From: Anthoceros angustus
Lineage: Eukaryota; Plantae; Anthocerotophyta
DNA length: 64,000 bases
Reading direction: 5' to 3'
NCBI GenBank assembly: GCA_010909165.1
Contig: MU008185.1
Span: 744,001-808,000 of the forward strand
Shown here in pieces: positions 12,166 through 25,338 of the stretch. Every line of letters starts with the position of its first letter. Position 1 is the stretch's first letter. The notes beneath the pieces were generated by a model. That model searched no databases. It was not told where the DNA came from and saw nothing but the letters and a program-made list of their open reading frames with translations. The translations under genes were made by a program, and so were the position numbers.

Positions 12166-14712
12166 TGTCTACACTCAAAAAAGGTGAGTGTTATAGAGAG
12201 CCCTTAGACTTTTCCTTTGATGGCTCAGCTTTTTGTGAGGCATGTCAACTTAACAAAGCTCATGCTTTACCCTTTAAAGACAAGTTCTCGACGAGGGTAG
12301 TGGGTCTCCTCCACACTGTACATAGCGATATTTGTGGCCCCATGACCACAAGCTCTTTTGGATGCGCTGACTATTTCATTACCTTTATTGACGAGGGGAG
12401 CTGTTATTGTACAGTTTTCCCACTTGACATAAGAGTGAAGTTGTATCTTGTTTCCAACAGTTTGTAACCACAGCACAACGCCAGACAAGAGCAAGGTTTG
12501 TATCCTTCGTACTGACAATGAAGGTGAATAAACCAGCAAGGCCTTTACATCATTTTGTTCTTCTAATTAAAGGAATACAACATCAATTCATAGTTCCTTA
12601 TACTCAGCTCAAAACTCTTTTGCCGACAAGAAGAATAGGACACTTAAGGAGGCCACCTTGGCCTCGTTGACCTTTGCTGGACTCACCCGTGGTTATTGGG
12701 CTGAATCTTTGATAGCAGCTAATTATGTACAGAATTGACTGCCTACAAAGGAGCTTGGGACTGTGACTCCCTATGAGAGATGGATGGGCAACAAGCCGAG
12801 AGTGAAGCATCTTCGGATTTTTGGCTTCCCTGGGGGCCTATGCTCTTGTCCCTTCAGCTCTTCGCAGTAAGTTGGATCCTAAGGCCACTCATCATATCTT
12901 TGTGGGCTATGCTGATGACGTCAAAGGTTACAAACTTTCCGACCCTTCTACTCACAGTGTGATTTTTATTGAAGCTGCTCTTCTTCAACTTCACTCTGCT
13001 GCTGTTCTACTTATTGGTTGGCCCCCACCTACTTCTTCATCTATTTGTGGAGTGGACTCACCTATTTTTGAGGCAGACCAGATGGTTTCGATTTTCGACG
13101 ATGAAGGATGCTCCTCTATGGCTTCAGGGGGGGCACCTTTACCTCTGCCTCTTGCTGCTATTCCACATGCACATGTTGTACCTGTTTCTGTGCCAGCCCA
13201 AAATGATGATGCTTCTGAGCTTGATGTTCATGTCTCATCTGAACCCGAACCAGCAGAGCCAGCTGTAATAGAACCCATAGAAGACGATCCAACTCAAGAT
13301 GAACAACCCGAGTTACCTAGGTCTGATAGAGTACGTAGACCTATTCACCAGTGGAAATGACAAGGTGACTTCATAGGTATCAACACTTCTCCTCTGTCAC
13401 AAGATGTAGCCTTAAGTGTAGCACAATCGTTAGGAGAACCTGCTATCTACAAGGAAGCCATAGAAGGCCCAGAGTCCGCCTTTTGGAAGGTAGCCATTGA
13501 ATCAGAGTACAACTCCCTTATACAAAACAATTCCTAGAAGTTAGTCACCTTACCTCTTAGTAGAAAGCCCACAACTTGCAAGTGGGCCTTTAAGAAAAAG
13601 TTGAACATTGACGGCACTGTAGGGAGATACAAGGCACACCTTGTTGCTGAAGGTTACAGTCAAGTCCAGGGCTTAGACTATAATGAGACTATGTGGATGA
13701 CAACATCTTGTTTATAACTTAAGTGAAATTCATGGACAAAATCAAAAAGGTCCTATTCTAGAACAACTTTCTTTTTCATTAGGAGTTCAGTTCCATTTCA
13801 ATAGCAAGGATAGAACCATTATTGACATTCATCAAGAGCATTTCGTGCATCAATTATTACGCAGGTTTAATATGACGGATGCCAGACCTGTATCAACTCT
13901 GATGAGTGTCAGTGACAAGCTTTCAATAGATTAGTATCCTAGTCCTGAGGGTGAGAAGCAAGGGATGGCTTCGAAGCCTTATAGACATGCCGTAGGGTCA
14001 CTCATCAATCGGTCAAACTGGACTAGGTTGGATATAACGAGAGCTGTAGATATAGTGAGTCAGTTCTTAGAGAATCCTTGTTTAGCTCACTGGACAGCTG
14101 TAAAGAGGATTTTCAAATACCTCAAGGGATCTCCTAGAAAAGGTCTTCGGTTTCGCAAGATTTCTGGTGCTCTTCAGCTCATAATTACAGTGATGCGGAA
14201 TGGGCTGGAGACCCAGACATAAGAAGATCGAAGTGTGGCAGCATATTACATGTTTATGGGTTCAACACCAGTTTCGTGGTCTTCGAAAAAACTCAAAACA
14301 GTCCGCCTTTCCTCCACGGAAGCAGAATATGGAGCTATGACGCAGGCTGCTAAAGAGGTATTATGAATTCGGAGTTTATTGAAGGGACTGAAACAACTGC
14401 AGCCCGGACCTACGCAACTTTGGGTTGCCAACCAATCTGCCATTGCTTTGTGTAAGAATCCTGTGTATCATGCTCGCTCTAAACACATTGAGATATCTCA
14501 TCACTTTATCAGACAAGTGGTTGACAACAAAGAGGTGAGTATCTCTTACATTCCTACTACTGACAACACGGCGGATTTGCTCACTAAGGCTCTTCCAAGG
14601 CTAGTCCATGAAAAGCATACGTTAGATGCAGGGGTTGAACATGTAGATATCCCAGTTGCAGACTCTAAAGGTGTTGCCCACTAGCTGTCACCTATTACTG
14701 ATCAAGAGGGAG
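12166..14712 (+). mobile_element. Decayed Ty1/copia pol (integrase - RT - RNase H)
   Basis: Integrase CEACQLNK...VHSDICGP...YFITFIDE and LRTDNEGE. RT YKAHLVAEGYSQVQGLDY and YVDD. RNase H SSTEAEY, NQSAIALCKNPVYHARSKHIE, ADLLTKAL. INT-before-RT order is copia-type. Many stops and frameshifts. Purine tract AAGAGGGAG at ~14704. Confidence 0.95.
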
Positions 14713-15068
14713 CTTTCTTGTTCAGACTCAAAGTCTTCAACTTTTCCTCCTTTTTTTTGCGGCTTTGTCCACTTCCTCCTCGAATGCTGTTATTCACACA
14801 CGTACACGTCTTTGAACACAAAGGAAGAGTTTTTCTTTTCTAGCAGGTCCGATTACTCAAAGCTGTTGAGAACCAATATCTTAGTAGAGGTCACATGATC
14901 CTCTGTCCCCTCTGTCCTCTGCTTGCTAGTTTTTTGTTTTTTTTGCTGTAGACCTTGTTTCTAATGCCACTTCAGTATTCTCTCCCTACATTTTTTTTCT
15001 TCTTCTTTGTTCTATCTGCTGCTGACGAGGTCTTCAGACACATCTCTGGTGGTCTGACCCACCTTATG

Positions 15069-15830
15069 TTAGCACCCATGTATGCAAGCACCAGAATCAT
15101 TCAGGAAAGTGCCATGCTTCCCTTGGATCATAACACAAATATGCTGTAGATTACCAACCTTAATTTCCCGTGTGGTCGACAAAACATGGTACGTCCAAGG
15201 TGAACTCTCAAGCTCGGGCTTGTCCTCGCTAGGGCCCGAGCTCATTTGTTTTTCGACTCCCCTTGAGCCTCTTGGATGTTGATGAAATTGAGTGATCAAG
15301 TAACCTTGTTTGGGCTGATGGTGTCTCACCTTCACGGCTTGCTGCAAGAGTCCACATACGACAACCTCGTCCTCGCCCCCTTGGATTGCGATAAGTAGCT
15401 CTAGGGAGGCCAAAACACCCACAATTGAAACAACGTCCAATGAATTGTGTAGTACCCAGGTCCATTGGAGCGGCATCAGAGACTGCTGACGATGAGGTCG
15501 TAGTCTTGTCGGTGTTTCGAGAATCAAAACCGCGTCTCACTCAGGAGCCCCTAGCCATGTGCAAAAAAGAAAATTGGTGGGCTTCGATCCTCTTTGCAGA
15601 ATCACATCTTCCAACGAGTTTTTGTTTGCTCTTACCTCCACTTCTTCTACCAGGCCATGCCGCAGCCCTCTCACGTACTTGTCAGATTGCTCTTGTTCAG
15701 TCATACCCGAAATCGCCAAAAGTAGTTGCATGAAGTCCTCAGTGTAGCGCCCCACTAGCCCCTTCTAGCTAACGGGCGCTCCAGAGGATTCTTTGGGCAC
15801 AAACTGCGCTTTCAATTCTCCAGCCAACTG
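15069..15830 (-). mobile_element. Ty3/gypsy gag relic
   Basis: YTEDFMQLLLAI...YVRGLRHGL, DAAPMDLG and a degenerate zinc knuckle CFNCGCFG in frameshifted minus-strand ORFs. Confidence 0.75.
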
Positions 15831-17260
15831 TTCAAAAGAGGATGGCGGGCACCGATATTCATAAATGTGGATGTTTTGAATGTAAATCACTTATTATCTG
15901 CAGAGAATATCAAGTTCTGTGAGGCATTGAAAGACGCAAAAAGTGCTTCTCGAGGTAAGGACAAGATATATAACTATATTGGAGGAGATCATTTTTTATG
16001 AGGCCCATATTCGACATGGGGCCCATAGCAGCAATGATTATGCACCACTCTTTTGATATCATCCTGCTCACTGATCCTTATTTCTTTTATCAATGCATTT
16101 TAGATAATGGATAGCTCATCTTCATTTTTTTATTATTGCTTCACTGTCTTTTCTTCCTTTGGAAGAAATACGTTTGACGTCCTTTAAAAGAAGTAAATAT
16201 AACGTCCTTCAAAAGAAACATATTTGTTGAATAACATACTTTTTGGAAGTCTAGATATTAACATCCTTTGAATCATCACTAAGGTTGGGTTTCGACAACA
16301 TTGAGACAGGGCCATGCATATGACCTTGTGTTATTGTATCTTTGGTTGGGTTGAATTAAACTTTTACGTGGCTTTTAAATTAGAAGTGTTTCTCGGTTCT
16401 AAGTTTTGTGTAACATATGAACGAGCATTGGCATGTGGAGCACATGTAGCTCTAGTCGATTGACTGCTGCAAGTTCAACTTACAATCCAGGGCTCTGCTT
16501 AGAGAGTTATGTGCTCTCCTTTTTACCCTTGCATGAGTTAACAATAACTACATGGCCGAATTAATTCCGTCTGTATGTGGCTGTTAAGCATCATGCACTT
16601 CTATCGGTACTTAGATGGGGTGCCTAAAAGGAGTGGATGCCCTTGGTGCTAGTAGCTTAGGTACACAATGGTACAAATTGTTAAGTACCTAGTCCCATAA
16701 TAGGAAAAGTTCCATCGAAGTGCACTCTAATATACTTCTTCTTCTATACAACCTATTTTTATTTAATTATATTCATTGAAAATATAAAACCTTCAAATTT
16801 TCATAAAGGACTAAAATCCTTACAATGCCTTTCACATTCAGGCTTGGTGGCTACTAATGCTTCTTCCGGCATGTAGTGTCTTCCTCTTTTCTTGATGGTA
16901 AACAAGGCGCCAAACACATTTTAATGCTACACATTCAGCCAGCCCAAACTATGCACCAATGCTTTGAGGTATCCCCGTAGCCGACCTTTTCAATGCCATC
17001 AACCTTTTCACGTAGGTATATCGTTATGTAAGTAGCGTGAGGAAGTATGTACACACATATGTTTAGGCGGGAATGGCGGGCCGACGGGTTGAGAGTATTC
17101 AGAATGAGACTTTTTGTGGAGGACAGTGTGCCAGACGGGTTCCTGAATCGCAACAGAAAACATCGAGAAGCAGTTGCCACATTGGGGGCGCATTGTGTTG
17201 AAATTGAAAGACTTGTACTTGGGTGATGCTATATATTCCCGGTACCTAGCAGTGTATAAA

Positions 17261-18826
17261 TTACCGGCTGCCAGCCACCCGGCTCTGTACCAGGAGAAGG
17301 CGTCTGTATGGGGTCCCGTCCACATCGGCCTTCACATGCCTGGGGACTTTTCTCATTTTGTTGAACAAGCTTTGTTCGTCTTGAACCAGACCAAAATTGG
17401 CATCTACGTCGCCGATCTGCGACACCTGAACTTCACCATAGCCGAGGGATGGCAGCAATTCTTCCGGCCAATCGCTGTGAAAATAAAAGTTGGTCTTGAG
17501 CTCCTTCCCCATATGAGTGGACGACTCATTCATAAAATCCGCAAGCAGCATGGTTTCCCCCCGACACTTGTGCGCGATTTGCCTCAGCACGTCGGTGGCA
17601 TTGGACTCCTGCAAGTAGTAGATGAGGCCCTCCATAAGCCACACAGTAGGAGCATTAGGGTCATATCCGGCCTGCAGCAGCCGGTGGAACCAGTCTTTGG
17701 CCGAGATGTCCGCAGAGACTCTGTGCACCCTCTTGGCCCTGATCCCCGGCAGCGGCCTCCCTGCCTGCAGAATAGCCTTAAGTATGTTGTTCTTGAGATT
17801 GAGAACCTTGGGGAAGTCTACTTCGAAGACGGTGCAATTTTTGAGATAGTCCAGCCTGTAGGCGCGAGCGTCCATGCCTGCATCAGGGAAGCGGAGATTG
17901 CAGTTAGCGGATTCCGTTACAATTGCAGCAACAGCACCCTGTGCATAGTGGGTGGGCTCTACACTCTCGGACAAGGCAGATTCGACCAGCTAGTCACACA
18001 TCATGTTTGTCACTGGTCGTGAGTGACACCAAATTTTACGTTACACGATTTTACCTCTGGATAAAGGCTACCTCTCCACACACTGATCCGGCCAATCTTT
18101 GTCCAGTCACAGTGCTGCAAGCCACAGCATCAATTTCCTCAGGTACCGGTCACTTCGCCTAGCTACTAGCTATTAGCCACTAGCCCACGCTAGCTAGCTA
18201 GCTACGAGGTAACCAGCTAGTAGCCCGTAGCTACTAGCTCATGCACATTCGGCTACCAGGAACCTGATTTACGACGCAGCTAGCAGACGGTTCGGTCCAG
18301 CAAGCTGAGGGACAAAGGAGGCAGCCGGGACAATACCTGCTCCAAGCATCACCACTTGAGGATTGCAACTGGCATGCGCTTCGAAGCAGAGCAGCGCGTC
18401 CTGCAACCGGGAATCGAACCACAGCGTCCGCACAGCCAGCATGACCCCCGCAATTTCCCTCGCGTTGCGTGCCTTGTCCGCCTTGATCTTCTCCCTCAAG
18501 CTTTTCAAGAACGTCTCGCCAGCCATGGCCTCCGCCAGCGGGTCGTGAATCACATGGTTCCACAGCGCACGACCCGCTGCTGTCTGGCAAGCGCTCCGCT
18601 CCAGGACGTCCCGCTGCGGATCCAGCAGGCTGTGAAGCTGGCGGATGGACTGGAATTCCGCCATGGAGCTCACAATGATCTCCCCGTCCTCCCCGCCGCC
18701 GAGCCCCGCATCGTCCCCGCCACGGCCATTGGCCTCCAACTCTTCCCTCTCCACAGCCGGGGCCGCCGCCGGCTCACCGCTGCGGACATCGTCGCCCGGC
18801 CCGGGGCCGCTTCCCATGCTCAACAT
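17261..18826 (-). CDS. SAM-dependent methyltransferase, leucine carboxyl methyltransferase (LCM)-like family; 2 exons (18826-18337, 17877-17261); start uncertain
   Basis: Spliced motif VVMLGAG|MDARAYRL across a GT-AG intron (18336-17878). Also SACQTAAGRALW, AVRTLWFD, FEVDFP and WLMEGLIYYL. Confidence 0.88.
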
Positions 18827-21800
18827 GGGCTGAATTCTGCCAGTCTGATCCAGAATTCTCCCTGACACGAGGCGCGCAGGAGGCAGGTCCATTCTCAGCC
18901 TCGTCAGATCAGGGAAGAGCATCAGCATCGTGGCGCAGGCCGCGTGCACACGAGGATTGAAACAGGATGCTCTCAACACATGTGTGGTGAATTGCACCTT
19001 GAGCTAAAACTGTTGTCGACATGCTCCCCCCGCTCCTCGCGGTCCAGAATCAAAAAATTCCCCTTCCGTCGCGAGCATAGGACTCACGGCCTGGCCCGCC
19101 CCTGGCACACGCTCCCCCTTCCCCTCGCCAATGCGCCTCCGTCTGCTCCCGCCGCGACCTGCATTCCTCCCGATTGCGGAGCCTCCGCCACCGCCTCCGC
19201 CTCCGCAAATTCACCCCGACTCACTCCTCCCGAACTCCAATTTCCCCTCCCGCGATGCTTTCCTTTCCTACAACAAAATCAAACCAGCGGAAGCCGCGTC
19301 CACACCTCCTCCGCCTGCGCCTCCAACTCCGTCCTCACGGGAGAAGAAGAGAGAAGCTTGCGGTTCACGCCGTCATCACGGGTCTCACTTCCCCCCGGTG
19401 CAGCGGCAAGCGGCCTCGCGTAGCCATCAGAGCAGGAGTGTCGGGCTCGTGGCCTGAGAGAAAGTGCAGGAATTGCGCGTAGAGGCAGGGAATAACCTGC
19501 CTCGCCGAGATGGAGTGAAAAGCAGCCTGAGAGCGCGCGGGTGAGAGAGAGGGGAGGAGGCGGAGGCGGGGCAGGGAACCTTGGCCAGCCACAGAAAGCG
19601 GGGATAAGAAGCAGAGGCGGGATGGAAAATGTCGGTTCCCAAAACCAACACGTCGTGCTTCTGCCGTCCCAGGCTGCTTTCTTACCTCACCTTACCTTCC
19701 CTTGCCTGCTCGCTGCTCGCTGCCCACAACAGGGCCCGAACCCGGGCCCGGTGGCTTCGACTTGTCCAGGCGACGACACGGGCTGGTATAGGCTACGGAA
19801 ACTGGAATCTCGCGATTTCCATCTCATCGAAAAATCCTGAGCGGGGAAATCCCCTGTGCCCATCGTCTAGCGGGACACTTACTAGGTAGGCCGCTAGCGC
19901 GGGCGCGGCATTCAAAGGGTGTCCCCCCTAGCGGACACCGCTCGCTCTTGCTGCCTTGGCATTGGCAGGCTTTTATGGTCACATGTTCCTTATCCACCGG
20001 GCCTGCACCACTAAAATACTGACCGCCACAGCCGCTGGTGCCTTTCATTTCAGGCCCCGGACCCAGACGCTGTACCAGGCACAGGCCAGCATGACAGTCG
20101 GCCCCAGAGTCCAGTCCAGTGTCCAGTTTTTACCGCCCGCCCACCACACCTTCCCATTCATCCAGGCACAATATCACCGTGTCTCTGCCCTCTTCCAAGA
20201 TCTTACACCAACCTGGTCTGTTGGCCCAGAATCTTCACAGCCTCCCCGTCTATCTCGCCCACAGCCTTCGTTGGGCCTGTCGCCCACTTGCAGTCCGCAT
20301 TTCTCAAACCCGCACACGGCGGACGGCACGCTGTGGCATTGGACTACCGCAACCAACTTACTACATGCAACTGAGCGTCTTCTTGTCAGTGCCCACGCGG
20401 TTATTTCATATCAGAATCCCAATGCGGCACTTCGATGTTACCTTGGAATATCCTTAAAAACTTTCATTTATTATTAAAATAAAACATTTAATAGTTGGGC
20501 CCCGTGCAATTGCAGCTCGAAGCCCAGTATCAGGTTAGATGTCGTACCGGATTTGTTGTGTGAATGTTCTGGATCTATATTGAGACGTTTCCTATAGGCA
20601 CTTAAATAAAATTCTTCTTCTTTTTCTTCTATAGGCTCTTACACCAATTTGTTGAGGAAGGAAGTGGGATGCTGGTGACAAATACTTCGTTGTCTTTCTA
20701 CACTTCTTTTGGAAAGCTCCCGCAGCATAAAGTGTGGACAGGTGGTTTGTTTTTCATGCTTGGGTTGTGATGTTCAGGGAATGGACTTCCGAATTCAGGA
20801 GTTGCCATCTCTTGTGCAAGCACTTCAACATGTATCGCCATCTTAAACCTAGATGTGCTAATGAACGAGCTTTCTTTGGTGAGCGTTAGTGAGTAGCCTG
20901 CCTTATTTGCTTGTGAGAAGTTGCGTTAACTAATAGCTAAGTTGGGCTACTTGGTGGTTGTTATCTTACATTGTCCGCTTGATTTGACAACACAAAGACC
21001 ATGGAGCAATTGGCAAGGCTAAGGCTACATTTGCAGCTAAGGCTACATCTATGAGTACTTTGAAGGAGTGAGACCATCGGGAGGAAACTCTTCCTCCTAT
21101 ACTAGTCAAGACAATGAATTCAAAGTTGCTGCAAGAATAGGACTTTGGGCGGCTTGGTGCTCCTCCTCTACAACTGGACGAAGGAGAATCCAGCAACATA
21201 CAACTTTCACAAGAGTGAACCTTAGAGATTCTGATGTCCCCAACTTTCAGTGTGTTGCCAACTTCATAGTATTATGCACTACAGGGTGAAAGGAGCTGTC
21301 AACCGGGGCAGCAAGTTTGTGTTTGAGTTTTGATCACTTTTGCAAGAGTGTGGTAGCATGATTCAGAGCTGCCCTATGATGAAGTCCTCTCGCTAAGGCT
21401 TACCGCAAAGTGAGAAGATGCCGCAAGACACAACTATGCATGGAATACATGCTGTCGTGGAGGAGTACGTGACTTGCTAATTGGAATCTAGGCAGAGTTC
21501 TTGTGTGTGCCTCTTTCCTGATGTCATGACCAGGGGAACTGGGGACAGTGAGCCTCTTGGCCAGAATGTGGAGCCACCGTTAGGCGGATTGAGTTTCTGA
21601 GAGTATTCAATGCTGGACCCACATCTCTGTAGAACAGGTCGAGGACTAGAGAGCCGGTAGTAGAAAATGTATATATTGTTGGTGCCTTGGAACCTTGAGT
21701 TTCGTGCAGCCACAATCAAGTTAATATGTGTTTGGAAAATGGGCTATCTAGACAGTATAAGAGTCTGCCCATATTCTGCAATTTCAAGGCAAGAACGTTC

Positions 21801-22854
21801 GCACAACATAACGTTAGCAGTAAAGTGAGTATCAATAGAGAGCGTGAAGGGATAGGCTTTGCAGGCCTTCTTATCAATCAGCAGTCAATACACACAGAGC
21901 ACAACGAGAAAATAGTCAGAGAGCAAGAGGGGAAGGATGATGGATATTATTTGTCAACACCTTAGTATTACATTTGAAAGACGATACTTACACAATTATT
22001 GACATGTTCATCTCCTCTTTTTTCAACAACTTAGTAATATCCACAATATCTTGGAAAGAATGCATTATGTTGAGCTTTGCCTCATTCTTCGAGTAACTCT
22101 TCCTTGCAGAATCTATAAAGGAGTTGTCTTTATTACTAGATTGCTGTAATGAGGAAGGTGCTTTACCTTTTGAGGAACTGGCAAATTTGTGCAAGAAAGA
22201 TCCTAAACCGTTTAACCCTAACAGATGTTTGAGCAATATTGCTCAAATGTCCTTTTATGGATAAAAGAGAATATATGCAACAAACATTGGCAGATACAAG
22301 TGATTGACATTGATATTTGGGAAAGTGTGGGGGATGTTAGCTGCAAAATCATCTAGCAAGGCTCCTATTGAGGTACTTTTTGAATGACTTACCAGAGAGT
22401 ATTGGTATTTACTATGAAACATATGACTTTGTACTATCTAGGTGTAAAAGGATGGTCAAGTTTGTCATCAATGATAATCTCATTTGTTGCATTGGTTGGA
22501 AGCGATAGGCTAAGCGACAATGAAGCAATCTTATCCAACTTTTCTACATACGAAATCAGAAGGGGACGTTGGTCTTAAGCTAATTTTTATCTCAACTCAA
22601 CTTATATCAATAGGCTTGTTCCTGGCTGGTGTCAATTGCGATCTAGGAAGCCAGAAAAGTTATTAGTTTTTGCATCTCCATATGCGACAAGTTTGTATTC
22701 TCACAACAGAATTGGTAGCGGAAGAGAAATAGGGTGGATCAAGAATTTGGGAGTGGTGTGCAGCAGGATATATGCAACTAGTGGTTGCAACTACACCAGG
22801 GAGAGATTTACTTCACTTTCCAGCTATTGTTTGCCACTTTAGGCTGCCATCCCT

Positions 22855-22988
22855 AAGCTCTCACCTCGATGTCTTGGACCCTTCAAAGTGCTTAAGCTTA
22901 TCGGAGCAGCCCATTATAAGTTGGCCCTTCCCTCCACTTAGTGCATCCATGATGCGTTCCTCGGGTCCCTCCTCAAACCATACCAAGG
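22855..22988 (+). mobile_element. Ty3/gypsy integrase C-terminal (GPY/F) fragment
   Basis: Manual translation KLSPRCLGPFKVLKLIGAAHYKLALPST*CIHDAFLGSLLKPY. Confidence 0.8.
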
Positions 22989-23099
22989 CCATCCCCCATC
23001 TCTTCTTCCCCAATCCTTATTGAAGGCCAGGTTGAGTAGATCCTGCCACATAATGAATGAATCATGCTAGTCAGTAAATCAAGAGTTGCTAGTTACCAA

Positions 23100-23320
23100 A
23101 TAATGAATAATCTATGCTGGTGAACAGATAAATAGGTTGTAGTCCATAAAAAGAACTCTTGAATAATATCTAATAGATAATAAAGTATTGAACAGATAAT
23201 AAAAATGAATAATCTATGCTGGTGAACAGGTAAATAGGTTGCAGTCCATAAAAAGAACTCTAGAATAATAATTAATAGATAATAAATAATAGATAATAAA
23301 GTATTGGACAGATAATAAAC
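23100..23320. repeat. ~103 bp AT-rich direct tandem duplication
   Basis: AATGAATAATCTATGCTGGTGAACAG...CCATAAAAAGAACTCT occurs at ~23102 and ~23203. Confidence 0.8.
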
Positions 23321-23608
23321 AATAGTAGTCGACAAACAGTGACAGGTCGCAAGACCCACTTGAAAGCAAATGAAACGACCCCATGAATTTGTTTCAATTC
23401 ATTCCACCCAGGTGTATCTTCACTTCACACTTCAGAGCTTTTTATGTTTGCAAATTCTTTCACGTGCCGTTGTAAACCGGCAAGAATTAGAGTTGCCCGT
23501 CCGGAGTGGGTTGTCCGTTGTGGTTTCTACACAAACTGTTGTAGCAGGTCGCCGAAGAGGAAATGAGAGCTTCAGCAGGGGAGAATCCCCCTGTTACTGC
23601 ATTTGGGA

Positions 23609-24856
23609 TCACCTATATAGTTCCGGTAGCTTGGGTCTCGTTTGTACAGCGGACTCAATTTCCTCGCATATCTCCGGTGTCAGCAGCGGCACCACCTCCA
23701 AAGCCTTCATGTTCTCAACGACCTGCAGGTAGGCGAAACAAGGAATAAACTAGATGCCGGTGTTTGGAACAAGTCAAACCTAAAACTAGGCCACACACAA
23801 ACTGTTCCTGACCTGTGGTTCCTTGGTGGCTCCCGTAATAACCGAGCTGACATGCGGGTTTTTCAGGCACCAGGCTATGCTCAACCTCGCCAGGCTCACA
23901 TTCAACTTCTGGGCTATGGGTCTCAGATTCTCCACTTTGTTGAGCACGTCGTCAACCAAGGATCTGCTGGCCAGGTTCTGCAGAAGGAAGCACACGAGCT
24001 AGTATGAAAACAAGCTTGTTCAAATCTGAGCCCAGATGCTTCAAATGCTTCCTCCCACCTTGTAGTTCTCCAGGGCGAATCTGCTGTCGACAGGGATGTG
24101 GGTTCTGCTGTACTTCCCGGTGAGCACACCCGATGCAAGAGGACTCCAGGTAGTCAATCCCGTGCCATAGCTTTTATAAAGGGGCACATACTCTACTTCC
24201 ACCTGCGTTGGAAAGAGAGCGTGAGCCAACACGTCAAATCAACGACGGAGCCCGCCGACTTCCAGGCCCGGGAAGTGACTGACCTTCTCACGATTGAGCA
24301 GGTTGTACTCAGGCTGCTCCATGGCCGGCCCGATCAGATCCAGCCGTCTGGCGCACTCCCAGGCCTCCGTGATCTGCTGTGCGGACCACTCGCTCGTACC
24401 CCAGTAAAATGCATAGCCCCTGTCGATGAGCCAGTTCATGGCTCGCACAGTCTCCTCGATCGGGGTGCTGGTGTCAGGCCGGTGCGCGTACACCAAGTCC
24501 ACATACTCCATGTCCAGACGCTTGAGCGAGCCCCTGACCCCCTCCACCAGATGCTTCCGCGACAGGCCCTTCTCGTTGGGCCCCGTCCCTCCCCAGAAAA
24601 TCTTGGTGGAAATCACCAAGTCGCTGCGCTTCCAGCCCAGCTCCCTGATAGCCTGCCCCATCATCTCCTCTGCCCGCCCGTTGGCATACACTTCGGCGTT
24701 GTCGAAGAAATTGACCCCGGCGTCTCGACACCTGGTCAGGACCCCCTTCGCCTGCGCCACGTCCAGCTGATTCCCGAAGGTGACCCACGAGCCATATCCC
24801 AGCACGCTCACCTTGAGCCCCGTATTGCCCAGGTTGCGGTACTCCATCTTCGCCAT
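23609..24856 (-). CDS. KAB1: Voltage-gated potassium channel beta subunit (aldo-keto reductase family), 4 exons
   Basis: [94 protein letters not shown]. Last exon ends PKLPELYR* at 23609. Confidence 0.95.
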
Positions 24857-25338
24857 TCCCCCGACTTCCGAGTCCCAACGACAAGGGCACTGGCAGCGGC
24901 GGGAGCAGAAATCAGCGAGGCAAGGCACCGCAAGCCTTCTTGCTCGCCAACCTGTCCAACCACCATCTGGAGTCTTGTCTGTAACCCGAGGCTGAAAGCA
25001 GGGTGGCCACTCGAGTGAGACATCCTGGGCATGCCCGGACAGCAAGCCGTTGCATGTGTGCGCAGGTACAGCTTGCCCGGTCCCGCCGGGTGCGGGGATC
25101 CGGGCCTCCGGGGCCCGGACCGGGCCGCCATTCTCCGCCAGTCACAGTTGGCTTCAGGGATCCAGCACTGCGTTCCAGGTCACTTGCAAGTTCCCCTCCA
25201 AGAATAGCTGGCACTTTTCCTTGCACCGCAGCTCATCTCAGCAGCATCGTGCATTTATTCACCCTCACGCCTCGAGTCTCTCTCTGAACGGTCCAGTCTC
25301 AGTCCACAGTCTTCTGACACAAACTACTTTGGCACGGA

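Noticed and set aside
1-12207. Dozens of 60-230 aa Arg/Pro/Thr/Gly-rich ORFs on both strands
   Set aside because: By-products of a GC-rich 27-bp (multiple of 3) minisatellite and LTR sequence; frames are not conserved between copies.
17174-18022. 282 aa plus-strand ORF
   Set aside because: Antisense shadow of the methyltransferase exon.
20700-22800. Short ORFs in an intergenic stretch with decayed-coding appearance
   Set aside because: No motif I can identify; probably old TE debris. BLASTX would be needed.
24098-25045. 306 aa plus-strand ORF and an N-terminal extension of KAB1 to 25045
   Set aside because: The first is an antisense shadow. The extension lies upstream of the conserved MEYRNLG start and has no support.
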